Source of the DNA: the human T2T-CHM13v2.0 reference genome, Homo sapiens
DNA length: 64,000 nucleotides
NCBI RefSeq assembly: GCF_009914755.1
Contig: NC_060926.1
Reading direction: 5' to 3' (one strand)
Shown here: one piece after another, positions 40,990-53,780 of the stretch
How positions within the stretch are numbered: position 1 is the stretch's first letter
Layout: every line of letters begins with the position of its first letter
The notes under the pieces: model-generated
What the model saw: only the letters and a program-made list of their open reading frames with translations
Databases searched by the model: none
Told to the model about the DNA's origin: nothing
Program-made: the position numbers and the translations under genes

Positions 40990-41620
40990 CTTAGTAATAA
41001 GCCTAGCATGACATTTGCAACATCGAAATTAGAAAATTTTGGAGACCATGCCGAAGATCACCAAAAAAGTCTTTAAATGGAAAGATTTAAGTGGAAAGAT
41101 ATTTTCCTTAGATAGGAAAATTATTATAAACATGGCAATAGTTTCTAAATTAATCTTTAACCTCAATTTAATCTCTCTGTTTAATTAAAATAACATGTTT
41201 TTAACATGACAGGATTAGTTTAAAGTTCATGTAGAAAAATATGCACATAATGCTGGAAAACTCTAAAAGGAAAAAAACTGAGAATAAAATCAGTAATTAA
41301 AATGATTAACATATATACACATATGTATATATGTGTGTACATATGCATGCAAATAAAGACTCATCAGTGGGAAAATAATAACATTCTATTTCAGAATTTT
41401 AGGATATATTGAAATCTAATTATTTCAAAGCAGTAATTAAAATATGCTTTTGAACAAATTATGTAGGAAGACTAAAAAACAAATTGGGGTACAAATTTTA
41501 AATATCTGTTATATGGAAAACACCCATAAACAAAATCCAATGACAAACAGAAAAATGAGAAAAATATTGCTATGCACAGGACAAAAATCTAAATTTTAGA
41601 AAAATTCAAAGAATTCTTTT
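40990..41620 (+). mobile_element. Highly decayed L1M, right part
   Basis: aaatggaaagat, ttaaagttcatgtagaaaaat and other ORF2-like phrases. Confidence 0.45.
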
Positions 41621-41698
41621 CTCATTTCTATTCTACAACAGTTTTTTTACAAAAGGTTTCTAGGCTTCTACTCTGGCCTCCTTTGCTTTTCCCGATAA

Positions 41699-41873
41699 CA
41701 GACTGCCTACATAATTTTCAGGCACAGTGCAAAATGAAAATGTGGGCTTTTTATTAATAAATTATTTTGTATTTCAGTACGGTCACAGCAGAGCATTAAG
41801 CCTAGTACAGGGCACTTCTAAGCGTAGGGCTCAGAGCAACTGCACAGATCACACAAGCATGAAGCTGATCCTG
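41699..41873 (-). mobile_element. MER45A (hAT-Tip100 MITE)
   Basis: ctacataattt...cagtgcaaaatgaaaatg...cagcagagcattaa...actgcacag...catgaagctgatcctg. Confidence 0.85.
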
Positions 41874-41907
41874 TCCCACAATATCTTTTAAAAGTATAAA
41901 TCATCTG

Positions 41908-42640
41908 ACAAGTGTGTCATGACATTAAATGGTTGAAAGCATGATCTTTTCAACAAATGGTACTGGACAACTGGATACCCACATGCAAAAAAAATAAAGT
42001 TAGACACTTGCCTTACATCTTTAAAAAAATTCACTCAAAATGAATTCTAGAACTAAATGAAGGGCTAAAGCTGGAAAATTCTTAGAAGGAAACAGAGGAG
42101 TAAATCTTCATGAGCTTGAGTTAGAGAATGTTTTCTTAGATATGATACCAAAAGCACAAACAGCAAAAAAATAAATAAATTAGACTTTATCATAATTAAG
42201 AAAAATTATGCTGCAAATGATACTATCAAGAAAGTAAAAAGACAGAATGGGAGAAAATGTTTGCAAATCATATATATGATAAGCACCTTGTATCCAGGAT
42301 ATATGTTCTTATAGCTCAGTAATAAAAAGACAACCCAATTTCAAAATGAGCAACTCTAAAAAAGTAATGGCCAATAGGCACATGGAAAGATGCTTAACAC
42401 ATTATTCATTAGGGAAATTCAAATTAAATAATGAGATATAACTTTATATCCACTAAGGTGGCTATAATAAAAAAAGATGATAGCAAGCATTGGCAAGGCT
42501 GTGGAAAAATTAGAACCCTCATATACTACTGGTATAAATGTAAAGTGGTACACCTACTTTAGAAAAACAGCTCCACAGTTCTTAAAATGTTAAATATAGA
42601 GTTTATAAATATGAAGTATAAAACTGTTAAATACCAGTAC
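41908..42640 (+). mobile_element. L1M (MB/MC-like) ORF2 3' fragment
   Basis: tcttttcaacaaatggtactggacaactggata, tgataccaaaagcaca, gaatgggagaaaatgtttgcaaatcatata. Confidence 0.8.
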
Positions 42641-42659
42641 CCGTGCATGTGTGTGTATG

Positions 42660-43220
42660 TAAACCCAAAACAGATCATACCACTCTTGTGCTCAAAGCCC
42701 TCTAATGGCTTCCTATTGCACTTTGCATAAAATTCAAACTTTCCTTCTGTAAATTTTAGTATGACCAGATATCTGCCTAATTTCTCCAGTCCCATCTCCT
42801 ACTATTCTCCTTCTGGATCTGCTACTGCAGCTACTCTGACATCCTTGTTTTCCCTGAAGGCAGCAAGTTCTTTCCTGCCTCAGGGCCTTTGTACTTACAT
42901 TTCCCCTTCTTCAAAAAGCTTTTACCCAGATCTTTGCATGGCTCTGTCTCTCCCTTCATTCAGGTGGGTCTCTTCTTCAATTATCATCCTATCTAAAGCA
43001 AACTCCTGTCTTACTCTTCTCCTGCTTTATTTTTTCTCATTGCACTTTTCACTACATGATGCTAAATGTTCTATTTTTATTTATATGATAGCTGCATTTC
43101 CACTAAAGGCAGTTTCATGAAGGCAAAGATTTTGTCTGCCTCATCCACTGCTAACAATATCTACAGCTCCTGCAACAGTGCCTGGCACATTGTAAGTACA
43201 CAGTACTACTGACTGAATCA
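42660..43220 (+). mobile_element. L2a 3' end
   Basis: cctgcctcagggcctttgtactt, ccagatctttgcatggct, aacagtgcctggcacat. Confidence 0.82.
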
Positions 43221-43739
43221 GAGTAAAATCAATTTTTATAAGTTTTTAAGAAAAAAGACAAACTATACAATAATACTTTATTCCTGAGTTATGTCATTAT
43301 GAGAATATTAGTAATAGCTGTTTAAATTTCTTTGTTTTTAAATAGGCTGTGAGGACTCCAAGGGCAGAAAGAGGGTTTTATTCAATGATTTACCCTCTGT
43401 GAGTGGCACATTGTGATATCTGAAAAATTCTTTCAGTTGAAGGCAGGAAACTTTCATAGCCAGATTTATAAAGTCACTATTCTCTATCCAATGGCTCAGT
43501 TTTGTGTCTTCCTTTTTGTTTTTCCATACCCATTTCCCTTCTAAACATGTCTTTTTGAATAGTACTGTCAGTAGCCTGTAGGAAACTCAATCTTCCATGG
43601 TATTCGTTCTTAAAACTTAAAGGCAGCAAAAGCAGTGAGGCTTGAATCAATAGCAACTATAATAATATTCTAGCAAATAGTAATTGACTGCATGCTGTGC
43701 ATCTGGCAGAGTGTAAAGCTTCAAAATTTTTTTCCAGGC

Positions 43740-44035
43740 TAATTGGGATATCCATTATCTTAAATTAATTATTTATCTCTTTATGGTAGCAACATTTGAA
43801 TTTTTCTCTTCTAGCTATCTCAAAATGTATACTAGGTTAATGTTAGCTATAGTTACCCTACTGATCTAATGAAAACAGGTCTTATTTCTTCTATCTAACT
43901 GTATAATTGTACCCATTAATCAATCTCTCTTCATCCTTCCCTCCCTGTTTCCTTTCTTGGTCTTTGGTAAGCACCATTCTGCTGTGTATCTTCCTGAGAT
44001 CCATGTTTTTAGCAGCCACTTATGAGGGAGAACAA
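43740..44035 (-). mobile_element. L1MA 3'UTR fragment within a MIR
   Basis: tatagttaccctact, cttatttcttctatctaactgta, ccacttatgagggagaaca. Confidence 0.75.
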
Positions 44036-44150
44036 TCACTTTGTATGGGGTAAGTGCAAATTTTGTCCATTGTACTGCTTGGCCCAAGAGGGTATATTTA
44101 GTAGATGGTAAGGCTGGGATTTGAACCCAAGGTCAGACCTTATAACTAGT
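44036..44150 (-). mobile_element. MIR fragment
   Basis: ggctgggatttgaacccaagg B-box-like segment. Confidence 0.6.
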
Positions 44151-44949
44151 AGTCTCTCAGGCCTTATAGCTGTTTCACCACATTCATTACTACATTTTGA
44201 GACGATAAAGAGCAAGACACAACTCCCCAAGAGACACCTGGATATAATCAGGGAAGGGTTTGGAGTAGCTGGACATATTATCATAATATATAGTATTTAC
44301 ATTATTGTGATTCTGTTGTTTTTAGTTCCTAGACTGGTGTATCTGAAAAAACATAATTTATGCATCTCCTTGTTATCATTCCATAAATCACATGTAAATA
44401 AATTCTTGAGTAGGATATTTTCCCCCTCTTCTCAGAGCTGACACTAAACCACCAAAGCTGTGTCAAGAACTTCCACATTATCAAGATGGCTGATGGGTAT
44501 GACTCCACCAGCCTTAATAAGGCAGCAGAACTGACTTCATGCAAACATTCATCTTTCCTCATCTTCACTCTACTGCCATCCAAATCTCCCGAGGCAGAGA
44601 GGATTAGAGAAACTCTGCCCTAGTTACTAAAAAATATATTTACCTTTCAGCTAACTCTGGAAGACCAGAACCATAGAGGCCAGGGGGCAGAGCTGAGGTG
44701 TGTCATCCATTTGCTTAGTTCATGCCGTGTACATGCAGCCTCTGTTTGTCATTTCTCCCATTTATTTTTGTCTATCTTGGATTAACTGTTGAGTAAAACA
44801 TTTCTTATTTCATGCTATCCAAAAATGGTATTTTATTTTTCAAATATAACATGCAATTTTATTTTTTTTTCAAAACCCAACTCTACCTTTTGCACCTAAG
44901 TTAGCTGAAAAATTATTCATTTTGCTTTTTGTAAATATCTAAATATATC

Positions 44950-45667
44950 AATTAGCACTTTTGTTGCAAACATCAGAAAATCCAACTGGAATGGATGTAG
45001 GCTTAAAAGGAAGTGTTTGGCTTATATAACTCAATATGACAGGTATAGTGCCAGACTGAGAGAGGGCATGATCTACATACTTATGCAAGAGTTCATTTTC
45101 CAACTCCTGGGTCTGCACTAGTGCATTTGTGCTTCGTTTCTATGAGATCCTAATTGATCAAGCTTTACATCCTCCCAACGCCATATTTTCAATAATTTCT
45201 CTTCCAGTCTTTCACAACTGAGATTCATTTCAGAGCTTTAAATCCTGATGCCTTAAGACATTAATAGATGCAGCTATGTAAAGAATTAACTTTCTCAGTA
45301 TTTTGGGTGGTACAATTTGGGTACTATCTTTGGGAAAGCAGTTGCTGAAATCATTTTCTGTGCTGTAATTCAGATGAGGATCCCTGGCTGAGATAGGCTG
45401 AGAGACTTCTAAATATAGCTGTATCTAACGCTTAATGGTTTGAATGATGTGAAATAATCCTCCCTAATTCAATCATTGTGGCCAGAAGGACAAAATATAC
45501 AGAGAGGCACATCCTAACTCATAAACACACATGAGAATCAGGGAAAGAGTTAAATCTAATTTCATATGTATATTATGACTGGAGGAATAGTGGTTCCAGG
45601 AAAGAAATTCAAGACATTACTAACCAAAGATGGTGGTGGTTAAAGAGAAAAATAAATGTTTACCACA
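44950..45667 (-). mobile_element. Old MLT1 (K/L-type) LTR
   Basis: gttgcaaacatcagaaaatccaact, ttggcttatataact, caatcattgtggccag, terminal taccaca. Confidence 0.55.
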
Positions 45668-46759
45668 GTATATTCAAACATACATACATTCTTTTAATTT
45701 CATTATTTAGTAGGCTTTTTTTTTTTGCCCTGTCAATTTATAGCACAGTATTGGTTAGAAACTTACTTTCTGAATTTATTTTCTATTTTAAGCTCCTTAA
45801 TCATTGATGAGTTTTCCTTTCATAATTTGATGTTACATATTCCTGAAACAGAGCTTGTACTAGTAATGATGGCAAAATATTGTCTTCAGTGATTTGAGAC
45901 TTTACAACATAATGAACGTAAACTATATGAAGCAAACTATAATAAGAAAGAACTTGTAAATGATGCCAATACTTCTAATTGGTAAGGAATATGATAATAT
46001 TTTTCCTTGAGGAGAGAAACAAAGAATGTCATTTTTCCCTCTTACAAATTTCACCATTTTTCTTTTTTTTCAACATTCTCACATATTTCCTTTCGTTTCA
46101 TGTCAGATGCAATTTCTCAAGCAGAACAAGGGCAAACTCTTTTCATTTCCACATGGTCACTCCTGTTCAGTGTGGTTATAAATGAAATGAAAGCATATTG
46201 TACAATAGGACCGCACATGTACTGTAATACCAGAAAATGATTTTGATACACAGCAACAAATGTTATGTATATCTAGGCCTTCTATGACTTTTTAGTCTCA
46301 CATGGACACACAAAAAAGATGTTCCTTACTCTAAGGAAAATGCTAAAAAAGACACTACCAAATGGCAGGCAGAATTTAAATTCAAAGATAATATATACAC
46401 CAAGAAATCTTAAACATCTAGGCAAGAAAGAGTGCTAAAATAGTGCGTTATCCCTATGTAGTCAAATGGGATTTAGCCATGGTGAATCGCTTGACTCATT
46501 CAGCCATGTGTAATAGGCCAATTAAAATGCTTAAATTGGCAAATTCTCAAAAGAGCAAATATTTAATCCAATGTGGATTCTCATCCAACTTATCTGTGAT
46601 ACCGCATAAATAGAGCAAAAATAGGGAAAGGCAAAGAGCAAATGGGGATTTAAAGATCAACAAGCCTCTATTGTGTATCTGGCTTAGCAAACAAAATAGC
46701 AGATAAGAAGAGTTCACATGGATCATGCTTTATGTTTCCAGTCTTAGATATAACATGTT

Positions 46760-47485
46760 TTTAATTTATTTAATAAATACTTATTATCCATCTACTATCT
46801 TCTAAGTACTATTTTAGGCACTAAGTTTGTAGTGAGCAAAAATTCTCCAAATCCCTGCTTTCACGGTGTCTGTGAAAGACAGAAATTAAAGCAAACAGGT
46901 CATGTCAATAGTGGTAGTTGGTGAAAAGGGCTCTAGAGAAAAATAAAGCCAGAAATCAAGATTTAGTTTGGTGGGTAGGGGGGCAGGTGGTTAATTTTAA
47001 CTAGGAGACCATATAATACCCTACTGGGAAGGGGTGATTTGAGAGAGACATGAAAAAGTGAGGGAATTAGCCATGTGGACATACGGGCAAGACGTTTTAA
47101 GGAAGAAGAAACAACAAGTACAGAATCCTTGGATTAAGAGAGTTCTTAGTGTAAAAAAGGAATAGCAAATAAAAATATCTCTGGCTGACCTGAAGTGAGC
47201 AAAGGGAGAGAGTTAGAAAATGAGGACAACCAGATTTCATAAGGCTTTGGAGATCATAGTAGGGAATGATTCTCTGAGCAAAAGAAGGAGGTATTGGTCC
47301 ATCATAGGAGTGAATGATCTGCTTAGGTTTTAATACATTGCTCTGGCACCATGTGAAGATAGACTCCAGGGGCAATGGCAGAGAAATGGGAAAGGAAAAA
47401 AGTAAGCTGTAAAGATCAGCAAGTTTTCCTAACTGTTCAGCAAACCAAAGTAGAAATGATAGTGATTTGGAAGAAGATACAAGAT
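46760..47485 (-). mobile_element. L2a 3' region
   Basis: atttaataaatacttatt, ggaattagccatgtggacat, ggagtgaatgatctgcttaggtttt. Confidence 0.78.
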
Positions 47486-47591
47486 GGGTCTCAATTCAAC
47501 ACAACTTGATTGCAATTGCTGTGAGGTTAATATTTCTTCTGTACTTTTAACAACAGTATATATTGACTATTCATCTGAAAAATAGTGTTGT

Positions 47592-47940
47592 GTTGTAGTC
47601 CTCTACTATTCCACCGTATTCCATATATTTACAAGGATATATAGCTGCTTACAATAAAGATATTTTCCAGCTTCTCTTGCTGTCAGGTATCATCTCATTA
47701 CTAAGTTTCAGCCAATGGAACATGAGAAGTACTTGTGCATCTTCTGGGAAGTATGTTTTAAGGAAGGAAGTACTTTCTCTTTTCTTTCCATATGGACATA
47801 ATGACTGGAGCAAAAGAAGCCATTTGGGAACATCATGTAACCTTGGGAATAGCAGCGACTCATGTCAGAGAAACAACAGGAAAAGAACTAAGCCCCAAAG
47901 GAATTTATAAATCAGAACTTCCATATGCAAGCAGACTATA
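47592..47940 (+). mobile_element. Old ERVL LTR (LTR33/LTR16/MLT1J-like)
   Basis: ttccagcttctcttgc...actaagtttcagccaatgg...cttctgggaagt...aatgactggagc. Confidence 0.5.
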
Positions 47941-48615
47941 TCAGTACTAATTCTAATTGAATTAGATTCATTCTGGAACAGATACCCAGATGTTACCATA
48001 TACTTGTCTATATCATTTGGTTTGGAAACAAACAGTAATTTGACTCAAGGTGATAATAGCTCTATTCTTTTCATGTTGGAGTAGATGGGACCATAGTATT
48101 ATCTACAGAGTAATAATTTTCAAAGTTTCATTCATTTTCAGTGTTTGCTGTTTAAAGGTACTATAGACTTTGCTGTGAAAATAATTAATCCTCAACTTTT
48201 CCTATTAGCACAGAGAGGAATGTGTCTTTTGTTATATTTTATTGAGGCTTTACAAACAAAATTCTCCTTTAGGGTATCAATATTTTGGACAATGCAAGTT
48301 CAACATTAGATTTTCTTGATGATGTAGAAATGGTAAAACCCCATGAAAAGAGCCCAAGGCTTAGCTGTCAAGAAAGTTGCCATGTGGCTCAAAGAGTCTT
48401 GTTTTAACTTCTAGGCTTATATTGAAAACTCTGGCTATAGGAAAATTCAAAAGAAGTTCTTATGTTTTCTGTGTGTATGTCATTATCTGCTGTGTCTTTG
48501 TTAGGAGAGCTTCTCCTTTCCCACAAATACCTTCCGTGTTTGTTTTCAGTATTCCGTTTCATTAGTCAAATGGTTGACTGCTGAATGGTTGATTCACCAT
48601 CAATGCATTACTTAC

Positions 48616-48848
48616 AATGTAAAGATGGCTAGTCAAGATATTGTTAACCAGGAAAAGCTCTTAAATGAAGCTGTGGCATTTCCAAAGATTTTTCCTTTTC
48701 TTCCACCATAGTCTCCTCCTGCCAAGTAATATTCTGACAACTTCTGGGGCTATCACCCTCTGGCCACAACATTTTGGTTGATACCAAGGGTCGTAAGTGA
48801 TTTCAACCATACAGTATCCCATCTCTTTGAAAGGGGTGTGAATGTAAC
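48616..48848 (-). other. Candidate 233-nt non-coding exon (unverified)
   Basis: Minus-strand acceptor tttattttccatgaagtttcag|G and donor ATT|gtaagt; stops in all three frames. Confidence 0.22.
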
Positions 48849-49494
48849 CTGAAACTTCATGGAAAATAAATGGCATGGTAATCACAGGCATGTGGAAATT
48901 TTATGTAAATAGAGCTGTTGCCAATCTCTGTCTCTCTGTCTCTGTAGCTCTTTCTGTTGTCTAGATGAAGCCTTTAAAAAATGTAATTAGATTTCACTGC
49001 AACTGATAATTTGGTCTCCTCCCTCAGTTATTTGGCTTTTGACCATTTTTATCATTAAGGTTTCAACTAAAACAAAACTTGCTTCCTGAGCAATATCCTA
49101 TTTAAATTGCTATCTAGATAAACCTGCTGGAAAATATTGGACATACTTATTAGTTGGATTATATGTCAAAGTGCTATTTTAATTAAGCTTGATAGTTTGA
49201 GTTATGTGTGGCTCCTTCAGTTATCTAACTAGATATTCTTGTCATTCAGTGTATATCATTGGTATCTTTTATGAATTATTTTAGTCTCTACGTATATCTA
49301 TGAATATGACATTATTTTATTAAGAGAAATTTAACCAATAGTTTTTCTATTTACATAAAGGAATACCTATTGGATGGTTTCTGTGTGCCATGCCCTCTGC
49401 TAGCTATTGAGGCTAACAAGAAACACATAATTCTCATTTTCCTGAAGCTCACAGACTAGAGTATAGTGACTATCTAGTTCAATTATTCAATTGA

Positions 49495-49590
49495 TCAGTG
49501 AGAAATATAGGGCCCAGGGAAGGTAAATGACTTTTTTGGGATCATGCAACTGGAATCCAAGCCAGGACCAAAATTCGTATCTCCTGACCA
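49495..49590 (-). mobile_element. MIR fragment
   Basis: ggcccagggaaggtaaatgactt...gccagga. Confidence 0.5.
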
Positions 49591-50714
49591 TCTGTCTATC
49601 CAGTTCGATTTCCAGTTTGACAACTTTCTGACACTCCCTATCCAACCTGGTTGTTTTAAAGGAAAGCACAGGAAATGAAAAGCCTGTGTGCTCAGTCCAT
49701 TTCCCTTCTTTCTGAAAATTCCAAATAGCTTTTTCGCAGCCTTCTATTCTAAGCCTAAATCCTGTTCTTTTTGCTATCAGTAGCAAGTAATAGATAGGCT
49801 CTTTACACAGAGCTGGTAATCACTTCTTGATTGACTCTAGACCAAAATTAAACTTGCTCTTGCTAAGCAAGCTCATTGGCTTTATGAACAGAGACTTTTC
49901 AGTTATCCAAGACCATCATACCTGCTTCTGAAATGTCCTGTTTTCTCTGTTATTATGAACTGCTTCAGCATACTGCAGTTAACTGTTAGCACTCAGAAAA
50001 AAAATGAATTCTTTAACTTCTTAAATATAAGGATGTCTTTGAGAGGCCATGGCATATTTGATGAAAGTTTTTTAGTAGAAATTTTTTCTTTTTCGTCCAG
50101 ATTTAAACAGTCTACAGTCAATTCCTCTGGAGCTACTTGTCATTTCTTATCTTCACTTTTTGCAGTGTGTGTGAACTCATGTCAGACTTTACTTTTACCT
50201 AGAGTAAAAAGAAAATGGTTATCAGTTCTTGGTCTTGCTTCTACTGCTGTATAAAAATAAGCTCACTTCTTTCCACACATGTAAGCAAAACTGTCTCCAA
50301 AAGGGGTTGGTCAGAGTTTTGAAAATAATGTAAGCAAATAACATTGCTATGTTTGAAGAATTTGTGAAATGTTCTGAGTTAAACCACTTTGAAAGGAGAA
50401 GCTCAGAAGAGAATAGGGAGTCAAATTTGCTTTCATACTGAGATTTCACGCAGTGTCTGCTGTGGACATCAGGAATTTGGCAGGGAGGGTCTGTGAGATG
50501 CTGTGAGGGTCCTTGTGATTAGAGCAATAGTGAGGAGAAGGAGGCCAGAAGGCTATATTCCAAACCAGGCAATATTGAGTTCCCCATATTTATACTCTTT
50601 AGTATATCTACCTATAGCAGGCAATGACAGTGAAGGAATTTCATGCAAGAGCAGCAAGCACCCATTAGGTTGAAAGCAGGGCAGGGTTAACAAACATATG
50701 TCATCATCAAATAG

Positions 50715-50815
50715 ATATATTTGTATGTGTGTGTATATATATCTATTTGTATGTATGTATGTATATATATTTGTATGGGTGTACATACGTATATACACAC
50801 ACATACACATACATA
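50715..50815. repeat. Mixed (TATG/TA/CA)n simple repeat
   Basis: Directly visible. Confidence 0.85.
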
Positions 50816-50937
50816 GTGCTCTGCATGCGCTGAAAACTTGGGGGCCTATTGAAGATGTCATTTCTGTAGCCTATTTCTGGCTACTAGAAACATAGACTTC
50901 ATGAGAACTCTGCAGCATTAGCCAATAAACCCTAAAC

Positions 50938-51152
50938 AAAGATTGTCCAATCTGTGGACCACAGGCTGCATGTGGCCCAGGATGGCTTTATATGTGACCC
51001 AATGCAAATTCGTAAACTTTCTTAAAAAATTATGAATTTTTTTGTGATTTTTAAAAGCTAATCAGCTATTGTTAGTGTATTTTATGTGTGGCTCAAGACA
51101 ATTCTTCTTCTTCCAATGTGGCCCAGGGAGGCCAAAAGATTGGACACACCTG
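50938..51152 (-). mobile_element. MER30 (hAT-Charlie MITE)
   Basis: caaattcgtaaactttcttaaaa, ttcttccaatgtggcccaggg, aaaagattggacacacctg; perfect 8-bp TSD ccctaaac. Confidence 0.93.
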
Positions 51153-51299
51153 CCCTAAACCATGATAATATTTAGGAGACCAAGAAGACATAACCTTGAA
51201 CTCTCAGGCCAAATTATATGCCCCTAATGAATTTCCCATTTTGAAAACTTAGAGTAGTGTGACAAGCCATATGGCCCAGAGTGAAGCCTTTTATCTCTT

Positions 51300-51790
51300 T
51301 CTAAAGGTGGCATTCTGGCCCTGCTTGCCTCCGTTGTCTCTCCTCTCTCCTTCACATTCTCTTCTGACTTATTGAGTTACTCTCAGTTCCCTAAAAGCTC
51401 TGTGTCATGTCGTCAGGTTTTTTTTTTTTTTTTTCGTGGACACTTTCCTCTGTTTGATGCTCTATCTCCATACTCCCTATCAATCACTTCCATTCTTCAT
51501 CTCTTTTCATATTTCAGTATATAGATGCATATATAGATGCACTTTTCTTTGGGAAAATGTTCTTTAAAGTCCCCAGGCTGTGTGAGATGCCCCTCAGCCT
51601 GATCCCACAGCCCTCAGTGTTAGATCTGTGTGAGCAGTTATTGAAGTTGTTTGTCAAAATTTCCTCTACTAGGATCCCCAGGAACCCAAATACCATGACT
51701 TCTTTGCCACTGAAACCCTGGATTGATACATCGTATGTAGATGCCCAGTAATTACTTGGTGAGTGACACAAAAGTTAGGCAAGCTCCTTA
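51300..51790 (+). mobile_element. L2 fragment
   Basis: tctggccctgcttgcctc...ctcagttccctaaaag...gatgcccagtaatt. Confidence 0.45.
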
Positions 51791-51809
51791 GAAGAGATGT
51801 AAGGGCAAC

Positions 51810-51950
51810 TGCATTCCTTCATCCTTTCACTGTTGAATAATATTTATTGGTGCCTTCTACATGCAAAGAACCATTCTAGGCACTTGGTAAACAATAAATA
51901 TAAGGTAAAGTCAGACACTAAGCTGTCCACCATCATGATATATGTAGTCT
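51810..51950 (-). mobile_element. L2 3' tip
   Basis: aatatttattggtgccttctacatgcaaagaaccattctaggcactt. Confidence 0.6.
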
Positions 51951-53149
51951 TGTTTTCTAAATATGTTATCAGAGAAAATCCATATTGAATAAATTATTCT
52001 GTGGTTTAAGGCAATATAAAAAATACAGAAAGAACTCAAGTGTCAGTAAAGGGAGGAAGTATTCAATTAAGAATCCTTTGTAATCATAACCTTTAGTACC
52101 TCCAAAAGAAGAATAACACAATTATCAATATCTTTCATTTCAGTTGAAAGATTATAACTTTTACCTAAATCTTTTTTAAAAACTATAATTTTCATAGAAA
52201 GTACAAAATTGAAGACAGAGGCTAAATTGAATCTATGTGTTTACTTTGAAATAAGGTTCTGTTTTTCTGTTTTTTTTAAACTTAATAAACTCAGCTATAA
52301 AATATTTTTAGTGAGAAGAGGTGATAGTGTTTGTCCCACCCTTAAGAGAGTCTTCCAGAAATACGCAATCATGGACACTTACCAGAAAAAGAAGACAAGA
52401 ATAATTTAATGCCATTATTTAATTTTCATCAGGATAATTTTTCATCTAGCCACACATAGTTAGCTAGATTCCCTAAAGTTTTCTTTTGCTTGTAGCTCAT
52501 ATATATATGTAAGTATATTTTCCGCTTTAAAAATGTTACCCTTCAGTAGCCTACCACCAACTTTCTCTCTGTTTTTCAAATGCCAAAACTGGCCACTGGA
52601 AGGATCAAGAATTTTTCTGAATAAGCATCAGGGACTTTAATCTGAAATGTTTGCAGCAGAGGTGTCAGACTCTGAAAGCCTTCCAGATTGTTCTTTGTCA
52701 GTGACAACTCCCTGCAGAGGAGGTTAAGAGATTAATAGTGGATGAATCACATTTTAAATATCTTCTAACCAACTGTATTTAAGCTTATATCTGATACGAT
52801 AACGTATTTAAAGGTGTTACATTTCTTCGAGGGCTTAATATAAATCGTGAGGACAAGTGTCATTTTTTCAAGTCCCACAGCTTTTCTCTCTTATATCCCA
52901 CCCACGGTGGCAGAGTGTGTTGAGAAAGCAATAAGATTATGTGGCAACTTCAAAACAGGTAGAAGATTAAAAAGAGAAATATTTTGTTGGTTTTATTTTT
53001 AAAAGTATACTCGCCACCGTGTATAGTTTAGTTAATAAAATTCTAAGATAGCATGAGTATCCATCATGATAATATTGCTTTATGCTGTAACAGCCGCTGT
53101 TGCCTGATAATATCAAAAGGATTTGGAGATGATTACTTTAATGCCTTCT

Positions 53150-53425
53150 TATTCATTATATATAATATATACATATATTTCTCTCTTTCATACATATATA
53201 TAGACAAACATATTAATATATAAATATATGTCTCATATATTTATAAAATATATTCATATATAAATATGTAAATATATGTATAACTTATATAAATATGTTT
53301 TTATAAGTAAATAATTTTATATCTGATATATAAACTATGAATTATATATTTTATTACATATAATATATACCCTAAAGAATAAATATATATTAAAAATATT
53401 TTTATATAATTTATATAATATAAGA
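53150..53425. repeat. AT-rich degenerate (TA)n low-complexity tract
   Basis: Directly visible. Confidence 0.9.
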
Positions 53426-53470
53426 GAAATAGTGGAAGCAAAAATCTAGAGTACAATTTTTTTTACTTCT

Positions 53471-53780
53471 TTTTTTTTTTTTTTTGGAGGTAGGGTCTTG
53501 CTCTGTTGCCCAGGCTAGAGTGCAGTGGCGAAATCTTGTCTCACTGCAACTTCCGCCTTCAGGGCTCAGGCCATGCTCCCCACTCAGCCTCCAGAGTAGC
53601 TGAGACTGCAGGTGTGCACCACCATGACCAGCTAAGTTTTTTTGTTTGTTTGTTTGTTTGTTTTAGTATTTTTTGTAGAACTGGGGTTTCACCATGTTCC
53701 CCAGGCTGGTCTTGAACTTGTGAGCCTGCCTCAGCCCCCCAAAGTGCTGCAATTATAGGCATGGGCCACCATGGCTGGTC
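53471..53780 (-). mobile_element. AluJ (Jb-like) with (TTTG)n in the linker
   Basis: Poly-T, agggtcttgctctg, gggctcag; CpGs decayed; short left-arm deletion. Confidence 0.9.

Noticed and set aside
52788-52798. tatctgatacg match to U2 snRNA
   Set aside because: Only about 11 nt; flanks do not extend along U2
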